This document shows, piece by piece, positions 9,932 through 20,407 of a stretch of 64,000 nucleotides of DNA. The notes beneath the pieces were generated by a model. It was given only the letters and a program-made list of their open reading frames with translations, did no database searches and was not told the origin of the DNA. The stretch is from the NCBI GenBank assembly GCA_021786945.1, contig JAJYMK010000001.1:794-64793 (forward strand), given 5' to 3'. The position numbers and the translations under genes are program-made. This stretch comes from a bacterium (GTDB taxonomy: Bacteria; Patescibacteriota; Minisyncoccia; UBA6257; 02-FULL-45-10c). Numbering within the stretch: the stretch's first letter is position 1; each line of letters opens with the position of its first letter.

Positions 9932-11119
9932 TTATGATTTTAATGAATTAAAAATTCTGTCCATTTTTTGAGCTACAACATCCCAAGAATAATGAGAAAT
10001 TACTAACTCCGCGGCATTTTTGACTACTTTGTCCCTCAAATCTTTATGGCTTAATATGTAGCTAATTTTTTCTGCCAAATCTTCAGGATCTTCAGGGTTC
10101 ATCAATAAACCAGTCTGACAATTAAATAAGAAATCCGTTATTCCTCCAATCGGGGTCCCGATAACTGGAACTTCCGCAGCCATAGCTTCCAGAAAGGAAT
10201 TACCTAGACCCTCCGATCGCGAAGCACGTACAAAAACATCGGAAATCCTGAAATAAATCGGCAAATCTTTTTGCGGAATTTGGCCCAAAAAGATAATTTC
10301 CCTATCCAGTTTTAATTTTTTTATTTTTAATTTTAACTTATTTAATTCCGGCCCATCACCGATAATTAATGCTTTTATATTGGGCTTTATTTCTTTTACT
10401 TTAGCTATAGCCTCAATCAAAATATCTACTCCGTTTTTATAAACTAGGCGAGAAGTGGTTAAAACCACATACTCATCCGTAATTCCAAGATTATCCCTTA
10501 ATAATTTGAGTTCTGATTCTTTGTATTTTGTTTCAAACAAATCTATATCAACTCCATTAGGTACTACTTCAATTGGACATTCGGCGCCTCTTTTTATTGC
10601 AAAGTCGGCCAAATACTTACTGATTGACTGTATAAAATTAGCTTTTTGAATTATTTTTTTTCCAAACCAACCCACTAGCCCAAATTTTCCCAAAATTAAA
10701 TATTTTTCACTGTCACCTTCCTGCAAAGTGAGAAGCAACGGGACTGAAGGATGATTAAGTTTAAACAATAGCGCGGCAATTCCGCCATAGGAAGCCATTA
10801 AAGCCCAAACAGCATCAAACCTTTTATATTTATGAATATTTTCAGCTTCTTGCCAGGCTTTGTATATATATGAAATTTTTCCCCAAATACGGCCATAATA
10901 TTTTTTAGTTCCGGATTTTCCTATTTTAATATCTCTACCAAAACCAACACGAATAATATCAAAGTTTTCACCTCTTTCCAAAGAAAGCCAGTTTCGGTTG
11001 AATTTATAGGTAAAAATATTGAAATTTTTACCTTTTAGGCGACTTACCATCTCTCTGGCGGCTATTTCCGCTCCGCCCTCAAAGGGACTGTAAGCAAGAG
11101 TAAATAAAGCAATATTCAT
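9932..11119 (-). CDS. GT4 glycosyltransferase
   Basis: EGLGNSFLEAMAAEVPVIGTPIGGITDFL. 395 aa. Its upstream 35 nt are nearly identical to those of the preceding GT4 gene. Confidence 0.8.
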   Translation of the reverse strand: MNIALFTLAYSPFEGGAEIAAREMVSRLKGKNFNIFTYKFNRNWLSLERGENFDIIRVGFGRDIKIGKSGTKKYYGRIWGKISYIYKAWQEAENIHKYKRFDAVWALMASYGGIAALLFKLNHPSVPLLLTLQEGDSEKYLILGKFGLVGWFGKKIIQKANFIQSISKYLADFAIKRGAECPIEVVPNGVDIDLFETKYKESELKLLRDNLGITDEYVVLTTSRLVYKNGVDILIEAIAKVKEIKPNIKALIIGDGPELNKLKLKIKKLKLDREIIFLGQIPQKDLPIYFRISDVFVRASRSEGLGNSFLEAMAAEVPVIGTPIGGITDFLFNCQTGLLMNPEDPEDLAEKISYILSHKDLRDKVVKNAAELVISHYSWDVVAQKMDRIFNSLKS

Positions 11120-11304
11120 GGATACAAATAAAATACTAATATTATACGAGTTTTAACGAATGGATACGAATCACTACGATGCGAATTAATATGTAATAGC
11201 TATATTATAACAAAATACTATACAAATAGGTTACGAATTTATGAATACGAATAAGGACAAATGTGAGTTAATAAATAACTAAAAAGATTTAAAGATATAA
11301 AAAC

Positions 11305-11330
11305 AAAAACTCCCCTTTCGGGGAGTTTTT
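11305..11330. terminator. Bidirectional rho-independent terminator (AAAAACTCCCC-TTTC-GGGGAGTTTTT).
   Basis: Perfect 11-bp stem, 4-nt loop, A/T runs on both sides, immediately 3' of the surface-protein gene. Confidence 0.8.
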
Positions 11331-11367
11331 GCAGTCATTCCGAGTTTTAAAGTCGGAGCTCAAGAGA

Positions 11368-14300
11368 CTAAGGAACCAAGGTGATATTGCTCCATGCCGG
11401 CATTGTAGTAATGGCCGGGTTATGAGCGATACCTTTAGACACTCCATCAGACCAGCTGTATTCAGGCATAGAAACGTTGCCACTAATTGTATTAGTGGAT
11501 GTAACTTTCTGAGCTGAAGTAAGCGGAGTCATGTAGAAGGAAATGTTCTTGGAGCTTCCAGCGGTGATCACAGGAACATTGGTCAAAAGATCAATGGCCT
11601 TAGAAACACCAAAGGTAACTGTAGTTGTGCCCAATGTCTTACCGTTATCGTTATCGTAAACGGTTAGAGTCGTTGAGGTCGCTGTTGAGGTAGCGTTGTA
11701 AACATTCAACAAGATAGTTGTTGAAGCAAGAGTCAAATCCTGCAATGCAGAAGGAGAGCTATTGCTAAATACAACTTTACCAATAAGTGTACCGATGCTG
11801 TCAGTTGTACCAACGGTAGTTCCGCTAGTAGCGACGCTCAATACGCCCTTATAGATAGTGAATGTTGCACCACTGTCAACATGCGAAGTCAATGTATTGG
11901 CCGCATTAGAAGCAGCGCCAGAATACATTGCGCTAAGGAATCCTGCATCAACTGTATCTCCAGAAACAGCATTGTTAATTCCGTTAATATCAGCAACCAT
12001 GCTAAGAGTGACATTGCCGTTCTGAGGAACAACTAATGCACCCGAAGGAATGGTGAAGGTTAACGCAGTGCTTGTTCCAGCCAAACCGCTGATAGTAGAA
12101 CCAACTTGAGTGGTTCCATTCATCAACTTAATGTTGGCAAGATCAGCAGCAACCGTGGAAGTAGCGATAACAGATACACTGGTAACACTGAGACCTTCGT
12201 TGTTGTCAGCAGATAACTTGAAGCTGGCAAGCTTGAGACCAGAAAGGCCCATAGCCACCTGTTGTGAAACGGGAGAATCCGGAGACAAAGCAGCAGACAA
12301 AGTACCAGCAGCATTAACAGCTACTGTTTGTCCAGCTGGAGTGCCAGACAAAGTCTTGCTGGAGTTAGATGACATACCGGTTGCAGAAGCTCCTGTTAAG
12401 GAAACAACTGTAGCGGCAGACGAAGTAGCTCCGCTAATGGTATCAGCATAAACATCAACTATAGCGCTACCGCCAGCAGCAATAGCTATCGGGCTGGAAA
12501 CGCTAAAGGTGTAAGGCTGATCATTAGCCAAGGTTGTCTGAGTATAGCCAATCTGAGTGCTACCATTCAAAACTTTCAAGTTTTGGAAGTGGTTAGCAAC
12601 GTTAGAAGCGGCTGTTTTAAGAGTAACGCTAATAACGTTAGCTCCTTCAGCAGCACCGGCAGACAAAGAGAATGATCCGATCTTTACGCTCTGAGCGCCA
12701 GATACTGTGATAATGTTACCAACAGCATTGTTGACGGTCGCAGAGAAAGAGGCGGAGCTAGCGCTCAATGAATTACCAGACTGAGCCGGAACTGTAACGC
12801 TGGCCAAAGAAGTGTAGCCCTGACCGGAGCCAGAAACCAAATCACCTTCAATAGTACCAGTGTAACCAGAGATTACATCAGCTTTGATAGACAAAACTCT
12901 TGTCTGACCAGCAGGAATGATGTAATTCAAATTGGTTAAATCAGTTTGCTTTGCAGCATCGGAAGTAGATCCCGAAGAAGCCAATGTTCCAATTTGAACA
13001 CCCTGATCATCAACTAACTTCAAATTGTTCCAAACTGTATTCTCAGCTTGAGAACTGTAAGAAATCTTGTATGACAAGGCTGTTATGCGGACAGCTTCAC
13101 CAGCAGCGGCGAAGTCGAAGCTAGCCAATGTTTGATTGGTTGAGCCAGGAACAACGTAGTTAGCTGGAGAATTGGCATCCTTGGAAACTGTAAGTGTTCC
13201 CTGAGAAACGGAAACTTGAGATCCGTTAATTGGGAAGGTTCCGGTGGATGAAGCGCCGACATTGTAAGACATATCTGTGCTTACGACATCATAAGAGCGC
13301 TGGATTGTTAAAGTGAAGTTACGATTAACGCCACCAACAACATCAGCATAAACCATCAAATTGACGGTTTGACCGGAAGGAATCTGCAAAGGATTGCTGG
13401 ACAAGTCAAAGACAACTGTACCATCAGCATTCAAAGAAAGAGCGGTGGCGCCAACTTGGACGGAACCGTTCATTAATTTGATGTTAGCCAAATCGGTAGA
13501 AGCATTGATTGTACCAGTTTCGGTAAGCTTGACGGATTTTACGCTTACAGCGCTATTATTAGCCTGCATGGAAAATTCACCAGCCAAGAAATTGGTAGAA
13601 CCAGCATTTACCTGACCGCCAGTAACGATATCGTTAAGAGCGAGTGTAGCTAAAGCCGGATTGGTGACGGAAACAGCAGTCATAACATTGCTGAGCATCG
13701 GGAAGTTGCCCGATACTGTAGCGCTGGCGGTAATATCGGAAGCAGCATTAACATTCCAAGAATATGTATGGGATGTAGTAACACTAGAGAGAACGTCAGC
13801 GGCAACGGTAATAACTTTTGATGTACCAGCTTTTACTGTGAAGATACCAGCTGGAAGAGAGAAGGAAGCCTTACCATTGGCTAAGCCAAGGTTTGTGGCC
13901 AAAACCTTACTTCCATCCATCAAGTATACATTCTGAATGTCGTTATCGCTGGAGAGACCTCCGCGGTAAACATTCATAGCGGTAACTGTAACATCGCTAG
14001 CACCAGCGGACATATTCAAGTTCAAGAAAGGAACTTGGGTAGCGCCAGCTGGAAAATTACCAGAAACAGGATTGGAAGAAGCAACGCTTACAGACAATCC
14101 AGATCCGGACGGGGTTACTACAGTTCCGGTGGAACCAGTGGAAGTACCAGTGGAACCAGTGGAAGCAGAACCCATAGCAGACAATTTGGCTCTTGTTTTA
14201 GCGCCAAAGTATCCAGCGGCCGGGGAAATTCCCTGAGCAGCTTGGAATTTAGCGAGAGCGGCCTTAGTAGCGTTACCAAAATAAGTGGTCTCGTTACCGG

Positions 14301-14631
14301 CGGAACCAGCTCCGCTAGTGGCTACAGCATAACCGGAAGCATTCAAGAATTTCTGCAAATCCATAACTGCAGCTCCTTTACTACCAACGGTGAGGTCGCT
14401 GGAAGACAAAAGGGAAGCTGGAACAGCGCTAGAAGAAGCAGAAGATCCAGAAGTGCTCAATTGGCTTTGCATAGCCGTAATTTGTGCCATCAAAGCAGCA
14501 ATCTGAGCCTGCAACTCTTCAACGGTAGCACCGTGAACAGAAGACGGGATCAAAGAAGCAGCTCCTGAGAGCGACAAAACTGTAGCTATTGAAACTACAG
14601 AAATTGAAACTTTTGTAATTAATTTACTCAT
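11368..14631 (-). CDS. Large secreted Ser/Thr/Ala/Gly-rich surface protein with N-terminal signal peptide, coiled-coil segment, peptidoglycan-binding (PG_binding_1-like) module and long internally repetitive beta-rich region. S-layer/fibril-like candidate.
   Basis: 1087 aa. Signal peptide MSKLITKVSISVVSIATVLSLSGAASLIPSSVHGA. PG-binding-like DLQKFLNASGYAVA...YFGNATKAALAKFQAAQGI. Repeated module ...ANIKLMNG(S/T)(V/T)QVG(A/S)T... occurs at least twice. GC visibly higher than in neighbouring genes, consistent with the Ala/Gly/Ser/Thr bias. Confidence 0.8.
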   Translation of the reverse strand: MSKLITKVSISVVSIATVLSLSGAASLIPSSVHGATVEELQAQIAALMAQITAMQSQLSTSGSSASSSAVPASLLSSSDLTVGSKGAAVMDLQKFLNASGYAVATSGAGSAGNETTYFGNATKAALAKFQAAQGISPAAGYFGAKTRAKLSAMGSASTGSTGTSTGSTGTVVTPSGSGLSVSVASSNPVSGNFPAGATQVPFLNLNMSAGASDVTVTAMNVYRGGLSSDNDIQNVYLMDGSKVLATNLGLANGKASFSLPAGIFTVKAGTSKVITVAADVLSSVTTSHTYSWNVNAASDITASATVSGNFPMLSNVMTAVSVTNPALATLALNDIVTGGQVNAGSTNFLAGEFSMQANNSAVSVKSVKLTETGTINASTDLANIKLMNGSVQVGATALSLNADGTVVFDLSSNPLQIPSGQTVNLMVYADVVGGVNRNFTLTIQRSYDVVSTDMSYNVGASSTGTFPINGSQVSVSQGTLTVSKDANSPANYVVPGSTNQTLASFDFAAAGEAVRITALSYKISYSSQAENTVWNNLKLVDDQGVQIGTLASSGSTSDAAKQTDLTNLNYIIPAGQTRVLSIKADVISGYTGTIEGDLVSGSGQGYTSLASVTVPAQSGNSLSASSASFSATVNNAVGNIITVSGAQSVKIGSFSLSAGAAEGANVISVTLKTAASNVANHFQNLKVLNGSTQIGYTQTTLANDQPYTFSVSSPIAIAAGGSAIVDVYADTISGATSSAATVVSLTGASATGMSSNSSKTLSGTPAGQTVAVNAAGTLSAALSPDSPVSQQVAMGLSGLKLASFKLSADNNEGLSVTSVSVIATSTVAADLANIKLMNGTTQVGSTISGLAGTSTALTFTIPSGALVVPQNGNVTLSMVADINGINNAVSGDTVDAGFLSAMYSGAASNAANTLTSHVDSGATFTIYKGVLSVATSGTTVGTTDSIGTLIGKVVFSNSSPSALQDLTLASTTILLNVYNATSTATSTTLTVYDNDNGKTLGTTTVTFGVSKAIDLLTNVPVITAGSSKNISFYMTPLTSAQKVTSTNTISGNVSMPEYSWSDGVSKGIAHNPAITTMPAWSNITLVP

Positions 14632-14966
14632 GTTTATTTTTAATTTGATCTTTTCTTAAACGAATTTCAGTCGACGAAATTTTTTGTGTTTAAGAAAAAA
14701 TTATCTTTCTAATTTTCTTTTCTTTCTAAAAAAATTATTTTTACGCTACTCTCTTCATACCCGTAGGCACAAGAGATCGACCTTGCGTAGTTTCGAAATA
14801 ACTTTCTCGGTATCTTTACCCGTACGTTTATAAAAAACGCATGTGGGTTTGCACCAACATCCAAGATGGATATTTGACACCCCCACACCGATTGCAACAA
14901 TTCATGAAATACTGTGAGGATATTTCATTACAGCAATAGGTGTGGGGGAAAAAATTTATTAACCTA

Positions 14967-14999
14967 TAAAAGAAAAGTCTCGCTGTTTAGAGCGAGACT
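14967..14999 (-). terminator. Rho-independent terminator for the upstream minus-strand gene (AGTCTCGCT-CTAAAC-AGCGAGACT + U-run on minus).
   Basis: 9-bp perfect stem. The run AAAAGAAAA on plus is a U-run on the minus strand. It sits about 270 nt downstream of the 15274..16113 gene stop. Confidence 0.65.
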
Positions 15000-15273
15000 G
15001 AATACACCAAATATGAAAACCTAAAGCTGCTTTGCTTTAAGTTTTAATTTGGAAGATTCAGCCTCACACTAAATCTTCTGGTTTATATAATAATTATATA
15101 TTTATTTTTTCAAATTCGCAAAACTTTGAAATTGTGAATAATTTATACAACTTTAAAGCCTTACAAAACTTATTAAATATAACGAACTTCGACCTAATTT
15201 ATTACACTTGATTTACGAATAATATGGTACCAATCTGCGAATGTATGCGAATGATCTAAACCAAGAAAAAGAG

Positions 15274-16113
15274 CTAATTCTTTTTGGGTATATAACTGGT
15301 ACCCGGACCGCTGTTACCCACCCTTTCTATCACCCCCTGATCACACAACTTTTGGAGATCATATCTTAAAGTTCTTTCACTTACTCCCGGAAACTGACTA
15401 ACCATATCTTTTACCGACACTCTTCCAACTTGCCTAACCCTGTCTGCGATTAAATTTTGCCGAATTGCTGAATTGCCGCCGCCGCTAACTGCCCCATTTT
15501 CCGAAATTATCTTTTTTATAACCGGCTTACTAATAAATGATTCTTGTTCTGATTTTTTTATGGATTCTTCACCGTCGGAATAAGCTTTTGCAACAATTTC
15601 TTTTTCTTTATCTATTGTAGCTATTTGGGTTGAAATTGCAGAGGTCGCTTCTTTTGCCGAATTAATTTCTTTTAGAGAATCTTTAATTGCCGAATTACTC
15701 TGACTGCTGCCCTGTTCTATTACTGCAGGCGGCATTGAAAAAATAGATTCAAGATTTAAATGCTCTATTGCAAAAGGATTTGCAATTGCCGAATTGCCGA
15801 ATTCTTTAATTGCCGAATTAAAAACATCTAATTCCTTCAATAATATATTTGCGTTTACGGTTTCAATTTCATACAAAGTATGACCAATCCTAACCAACAC
15901 ATCTAAAGCAGAAATACTTTTAAAGGTCCTGATAAGAGAAACTTTGTCGGCAGCGTCTTCGGTAGCAACGGCCACATTTTCCAAAAACTCGAAACTTAAC
16001 CTCTCTATTCTATTTCTAAGCTCCTCCCTTTTTATATAAAAAGACACCCTATTGAGGGCGTATGAAATTTCACGAGCTTTTTTCTTTAAAAACTCAGGAG
16101 TTATGGAAGACAT
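15274..16113 (-). CDS. Hypothetical protein with C-terminal DeoR-type winged-HTH DNA-binding domain (putative transcriptional regulator).
   Basis: C-terminus RQNLIADRVRQVGRVSVKDMVSQFPGVSERTLRYDLQKLCDQGVIERVGNSGPG resembles the DeoR N-terminal HTH (..V.V.EL...F.VSE.TIRRDL..L...G.L.R.HGGA). N-terminal 200 aa helical, no recognisable family. Confidence 0.5.
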   Translation of the reverse strand: MSSITPEFLKKKAREISYALNRVSFYIKREELRNRIERLSFEFLENVAVATEDAADKVSLIRTFKSISALDVLVRIGHTLYEIETVNANILLKELDVFNSAIKEFGNSAIANPFAIEHLNLESIFSMPPAVIEQGSSQSNSAIKDSLKEINSAKEATSAISTQIATIDKEKEIVAKAYSDGEESIKKSEQESFISKPVIKKIISENGAVSGGGNSAIRQNLIADRVRQVGRVSVKDMVSQFPGVSERTLRYDLQKLCDQGVIERVGNSGPGTSYIPKKN

Positions 16114-16358
16114 TTTAAATACGAATATTTAGACAAATAATTACGAATGAATACGAATTTCAGAATTAAGAGGTTTACGGAGACTGTCGGATTGGGCGGA
16201 TCTACAAACAACAGAGATAATAATACTCGAAATCCGGCAAAAAATCAAGTGGCGAATACTAAATATTAAACCAACATTAACGAATGTATACGAATTAATA
16301 TATACAAATTAATAAAAGATAAAAAACAAATAAAAGATACAATTTGAACTCGTAAATA

Positions 16359-16742
16359 TTATTTATCTATTCTTATAACCCTAATAGGTTTCAAATATTT
16401 ACTTCTAAAATTAACTAGGATTCCCAATTTTAAAAAAGCTTGTTGAAGATAATTTTGTATTTGCCTAAAATTATCGCTAGTTATAAACCGCTTGGATTTT
16501 AATTCTAAAACTATTTTTTCATCCACTATAAAATCCAAAATATTTCCAGAGTCGCCAATAGCCACCTCTCTTTTATAGGGTAATTTTATTTCTTTAAATT
16601 TTTTCTCAATCAGATCCCCATATTGTTTTTCTCTGGAATAAGATCCTAACTCATTGTGTACAGCAAAAAGAATTCCGGTAATCGTATAAGAAAGTTCTGG
16701 ATAAATAATTTTATCGCTCAATATTTTTTTATTCGTAGTCAT
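16359..16742 (-). CDS. GxxExxY-family protein (PD-(D/E)xK nuclease-like fold).
   Basis: LSYTITGILFAVHNELGSYSREKQYGDLIEKKF...ILDFIVDEKIVLELKSKRFITSDNFRQIQNYLQQAFLKLGILVNF parallels the GxxExxY family pattern (..VH.ELGPG..E.VYE.AL..EL...G......DF.V...I.VELKA.....H..Q...YL...GL..GLLINF). 127 aa. Confidence 0.7.
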   Translation of the reverse strand: MTTNKKILSDKIIYPELSYTITGILFAVHNELGSYSREKQYGDLIEKKFKEIKLPYKREVAIGDSGNILDFIVDEKIVLELKSKRFITSDNFRQIQNYLQQAFLKLGILVNFRSKYLKPIRVIRIDK

Positions 16743-16775
16743 TCGTAATAAGTATACAAAATTTAATTCGTATAC

Positions 16776-17519
16776 CTATATCTTCCACTTAGTAAAAAAG
16801 AAAATGACGAAAAACGATAAAACCAAAACAATTAAATTTTTTATTATTAATTTTTTGGTTACCAAACCTCTAAAATGATTTACCAGAAAATCCATACCAA
16901 GATAAAAAATTACCATTGCCAAGGTTGCCGAATTTATAAAACCAAACGGCAACAAAGAAATGACCCAAACAATTTGCAACATAACAAATGCGAAAATTAA
17001 TGCGGCGAGATTATAACGCTTTGGAAAAGTTGCATAAAGCCAAAAGAGCCACTCGCGGACCAACAAAAACAAAACTAAAAAAATCGACAGAAATTTTACC
17101 GGAAAAAGAAAATATTTATCGGCTAGAAAATAAGACAAAAAAACCGAATAAACCAAAAAAAGATTTTTTATGTAATTCCATTCAAAACGATGGGTAAAAG
17201 CAAATTCCTTTATACCCAAAGAAATATAGAATAAAAACGAAAAGAAAATTACCGATAACAGTAAAAATTCGGGGTGGCTAAGCTGACTGATCCCATAAAG
17301 AGAAGAAGCCAAAAGAATTAGAAATGAAGAAAAGTTTTCTAGATTGTTTTGGGTATGATTGCGGAAATATAAAATAAAACAGGCTAAAAGAAAAACAAAA
17401 ATAGGCAGAGTCATGAAATCCGACGTCCTTACCCACAATAAAAGCCCGGCAAATATAAAACTCTTAAGAATTAATCGCAATTGAACGGTTTTCAAAACCG
17501 ATTTTAATTTTTGCACCAT
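16776..17519 (-). CDS. Polytopic membrane protein, hypothetical (real start probably the internal Met MTLPIF at 17417, which removes the overlap with clpB).
   Basis: About 7 hydrophobic helices. The annotated start overlaps the clpB 3' end by 56 nt. Starting at the internal Met avoids this. Confidence 0.45.
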   Translation of the reverse strand: MVQKLKSVLKTVQLRLILKSFIFAGLLLWVRTSDFMTLPIFVFLLACFILYFRNHTQNNLENFSSFLILLASSLYGISQLSHPEFLLLSVIFFSFLFYISLGIKEFAFTHRFEWNYIKNLFLVYSVFLSYFLADKYFLFPVKFLSIFLVLFLLVREWLFWLYATFPKRYNLAALIFAFVMLQIVWVISLLPFGFINSATLAMVIFYLGMDFLVNHFRGLVTKKLIIKNLIVLVLSFFVIFFFTKWKI

Positions 17520-20148
17520 TTTTTAATTCTCCTTTAATCATTTTATCGGCCAATTTATCAACTATGGTCTTTTGGATGAGCCTCTTTAAATGTCTGGCTC
17601 CATATTCAGGATTGAAACCATTTTCAACCAAATATTCCAAGGCATCTTTGTCTATATTTATTTTAAAGCCCTTATTTTCCATTTTTTTCTTAATAATATC
17701 TACCTGCAACTCTACAATTTTTCTGATATCTTCCTTTTTAAGAGGATTAAATACCACAATTTCGTCTATTCTATTCAAAAACTCCGGTTTAAATCTCTCC
17801 CTAAGAGCTTCCTGAATCTTATCTTTGAACTCCCCTTCCTTGGCTTCAGCTTCGGAATCAGCGGCAAAGCCAAGCGTAGAAAGCTGCCTCATATATGGAG
17901 CGCCTACGTTGGAAGTCATAATAATAATAGTATTTTTGAAGTTAACTACTCTGCCCTTACTGTCGGTTAAACGGCCGTTATCCAAAACCTGAAGCAGAAT
18001 ATTGAATACTTCGGGGTGAGCTTTCTCGATTTCATCGAAAAGAATAAGGCTATATGGCTTATGCCTGATAATTTCGGTTAATTGTCCACCTTCATCATAA
18101 CCAACATAGCCCGGAGGCGAACCAATGAGTTTGGAGGTAGAATGCTTTTCCATATATTCAGACATATCCACCCTGATTAAAGCCTTTTCGTCGTTGAACA
18201 TGAATTCCGCCAAAGCTTTTGCAAGCTCGGTTTTACCGACACCAGTGGGACCAAGGAACATAAATGAGCCAAGCGGCCTATTTTCATCGGAAAGTCCGGC
18301 TCTGGCACGCCTTAAAGCGCTGGCCACTGCTACAATTCCTTCATTTTGGCCGACCACCCTGCTTTCTAAAGCCTCTTCAATTTTTACCAACTTGGTACTT
18401 TCGGATTCCAACATTTTGGTAACCGGAATACCCGTCCACCTAGCCACAACACTGGCTACATCTTCTTCGTCCACCATTTCTTTTATGAATCTATCGGCGG
18501 TTTTCTTTATTTTGGACTTTCCGGACTTAGAGCTTTCCGTATCTTTCAATAAGTATTTCTTTTCGAAGGCCTTGTATTCTTTTTCTGCCTGAGGGAGCTC
18601 GCCGTAAATAATCTTGGCCACTCTTTCCAAATTAGCGTCACGCTCGGCCATTTCGGCTTCACGTTTCAAATCGTCTATTCTTTTTCTAAGCTTGTTATGA
18701 TCCTCAAAAAGCATTTTTTCCGCACGCCATTTTCCAGAAAGGGCCTCATTTTCTTCTTTGAATTTGGCGATTTCTTTATTAATGGCTTTCATTCTGGCTT
18801 TACTTGCAGCCGAACCCTCTTTCTGCAAAGCGGACTTTTCTATTTCTAATTGAGTAATTTTTCTCCTGACGTGATCTATTTCCTGAGGCAAACTTTCACT
18901 TTCCAATCTTCTGGCGGCGGCAGCCTCATCTATAAGATCCACGGCTTTATCCGGCAAAAATCTGTCGGAAATATATCTAGCAGACAAATTTACCGCGGCA
19001 ATAATAGCCTCGTCACTGATTCTCAAGCCATGATGGAGTTCGTATTTTTCTTTAAGACCACGCAAAATAGTAATGCTATCTTCAATAGTTGGCTCTTCAA
19101 CCAAAATAGGCTGGAAACGTCTTTCCAGAGCCGGATCTTTTTCAATATGCTTCTGAAATTCTTTTAAAGTTGTGGCGCCTATAGCATGCAGCTCGCCCCT
19201 GGCCAAAGCCGGCTTCAATAAATTTGAAGCATCCATAGCACCTTCGGCCGAACCCGCACCAACTATCGTATGAATTTCATCTATAAACAAAATCAATCTG
19301 CCGCTGGCATTTTGAATTTCCTTTATAAAAGCCTTCAATCTGTCTTCAAATTCACCACGGAACTTTGTACCCGCAATCAACGAACCAATATCTAATGCAA
19401 TGATTTCTTTGTCTTTAAGCGGTTCAGGCACATCTCCCGAAACTATTCTTTGGGCCAAACCTTCTACAACAGCGGTTTTACCAACACCCGGCTCACCTAT
19501 CAAAATAGGATTATTTTTTGTACGTCTGGAAAGAACCTGGATAATTCTTCTAAGCTCCTCTTCCCTGCCAATAACCGGATCAAGCTTACCCTGCTTAGCT
19601 TTGTCGGTAAGGTTTACCGCATATTTTTCCAAGACTTGAAATTTACTTTCCGGAGTTTCATCAACTATTCTGGTTGATCCCCTGAGCTGGGCAAGAACCT
19701 TAATTGCGCCTTCATAATTTACTCCGGCTTTCTGCAAAACCGTCTGGGCTTCGGACGGAGTCCATAAAATACCAACTAAAAGATGCTCGCAAGAAACAAA
19801 TTCATCTTTTTGGGCCAATGCAAATTTAGCGGCTTTTTCCAAAATCTGAATAAGCTCCTGAGAAAGATAAATCTGACTGATACTGGCTGCAGCCGGCGCA
19901 GAAGAAAGCATTTTGGGAAGTTTATTTAATTCACCCTCGATACTTTTATCCAAAAGATTAAGATTTACTCCGTTTTTGGTTAAAATGGGCTGGACCAAAG
20001 AACTGCTATCCGAAATTAAAGCAGACAACAAATGAAGCGCCTTGAATTCGCTGTGATTTCTAGAAGCGGCCAATTCCTGGCCATTTTGCAAAGCTTCTTG
20101 AGCTTTTATGGTAAAACGATTGTTGAAACCGTTGTTATTGTTTTTCAT
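17464..20148 (-). CDS. clpB: ATP-dependent chaperone ClpB (class 1 AAA+ disaggregase).
   Basis: 894 aa. Two Walker A motifs ([16 protein letters not shown]). Clp-N domain. Long middle coiled-coil between NBD1 and NBD2, which is ClpB-specific. No ClpP-binding IGF loop seen. Confidence 0.95.
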   Translation of the reverse strand: MKNNNNGFNNRFTIKAQEALQNGQELAASRNHSEFKALHLLSALISDSSSLVQPILTKNGVNLNLLDKSIEGELNKLPKMLSSAPAAASISQIYLSQELIQILEKAAKFALAQKDEFVSCEHLLVGILWTPSEAQTVLQKAGVNYEGAIKVLAQLRGSTRIVDETPESKFQVLEKYAVNLTDKAKQGKLDPVIGREEELRRIIQVLSRRTKNNPILIGEPGVGKTAVVEGLAQRIVSGDVPEPLKDKEIIALDIGSLIAGTKFRGEFEDRLKAFIKEIQNASGRLILFIDEIHTIVGAGSAEGAMDASNLLKPALARGELHAIGATTLKEFQKHIEKDPALERRFQPILVEEPTIEDSITILRGLKEKYELHHGLRISDEAIIAAVNLSARYISDRFLPDKAVDLIDEAAAARRLESESLPQEIDHVRRKITQLEIEKSALQKEGSAASKARMKAINKEIAKFKEENEALSGKWRAEKMLFEDHNKLRKRIDDLKREAEMAERDANLERVAKIIYGELPQAEKEYKAFEKKYLLKDTESSKSGKSKIKKTADRFIKEMVDEEDVASVVARWTGIPVTKMLESESTKLVKIEEALESRVVGQNEGIVAVASALRRARAGLSDENRPLGSFMFLGPTGVGKTELAKALAEFMFNDEKALIRVDMSEYMEKHSTSKLIGSPPGYVGYDEGGQLTEIIRHKPYSLILFDEIEKAHPEVFNILLQVLDNGRLTDSKGRVVNFKNTIIIMTSNVGAPYMRQLSTLGFAADSEAEAKEGEFKDKIQEALRERFKPEFLNRIDEIVVFNPLKKEDIRKIVELQVDIIKKKMENKGFKINIDKDALEYLVENGFNPEYGARHLKRLIQKTIVDKLADKMIKGELKNGAKIKIGFENRSIAINS

Positions 20149-20258
20149 GGATTTTATACAAATTTACAAATAATAAAGGGTTACGAATGAATACGAATAT
20201 AAATACAGTGATTTAAAATACTAAAACCCTCTTTTATTATTTTATCATAATAAAAAAA

Positions 20259-20285
20259 TTAGCACTCTGTCAATTAGAGTGCTAA
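20259..20285. promoter_or_regulatory. CIRCE operator (HrcA binding site) TTAGCACTC-N9-GAGTGCTAA, perfect match, about 110 nt upstream of clpB.
   Basis: Sequence read directly: ttagcactc tgtcaatta gagtgctaa. An extra right half-site with identical spacer flank (tcaattagagtgctaat) lies at 20367-20383. A 10-bp inverted repeat cgacaagctc/gagcttgtcg (20291-20300 / 20352-20361) sits between them. Confidence 0.85.
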
Positions 20286-20407
20286 TAGTTCGACAAGCTC
20301 ACTATAAAATACAGGGCTAAAAATTTATATAAAAATAGCTATTCTCGTCCCGAGCTTGTCGAGGGATCAATTAGAGTGCTAATTTAATATTTTTGCCTAA
20401 AACAATT

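Noticed and set aside
12110-14568. Several plus-strand ORFs (113, 73, 91, 177 aa) and a 63-aa minus ORF inside the surface-protein gene.
   Set aside because: They are fully embedded in, and antisense or out of frame to, a 1087-aa ORF with clear signal peptide and domain structure. GC-rich repetitive coding DNA generates long spurious frames.
14709-14900. 63-aa minus ORF inside the structured leader.
   Set aside because: No RBS and no conservation signal. The region is better explained as a structured non-coding leader. Kept as a possible RNA rather than a CDS.
17564-19677. Plus-strand ORFs (83-155 aa) antisense to clpB.
   Set aside because: Embedded in a highly conserved AAA+ gene. No start context or motifs.
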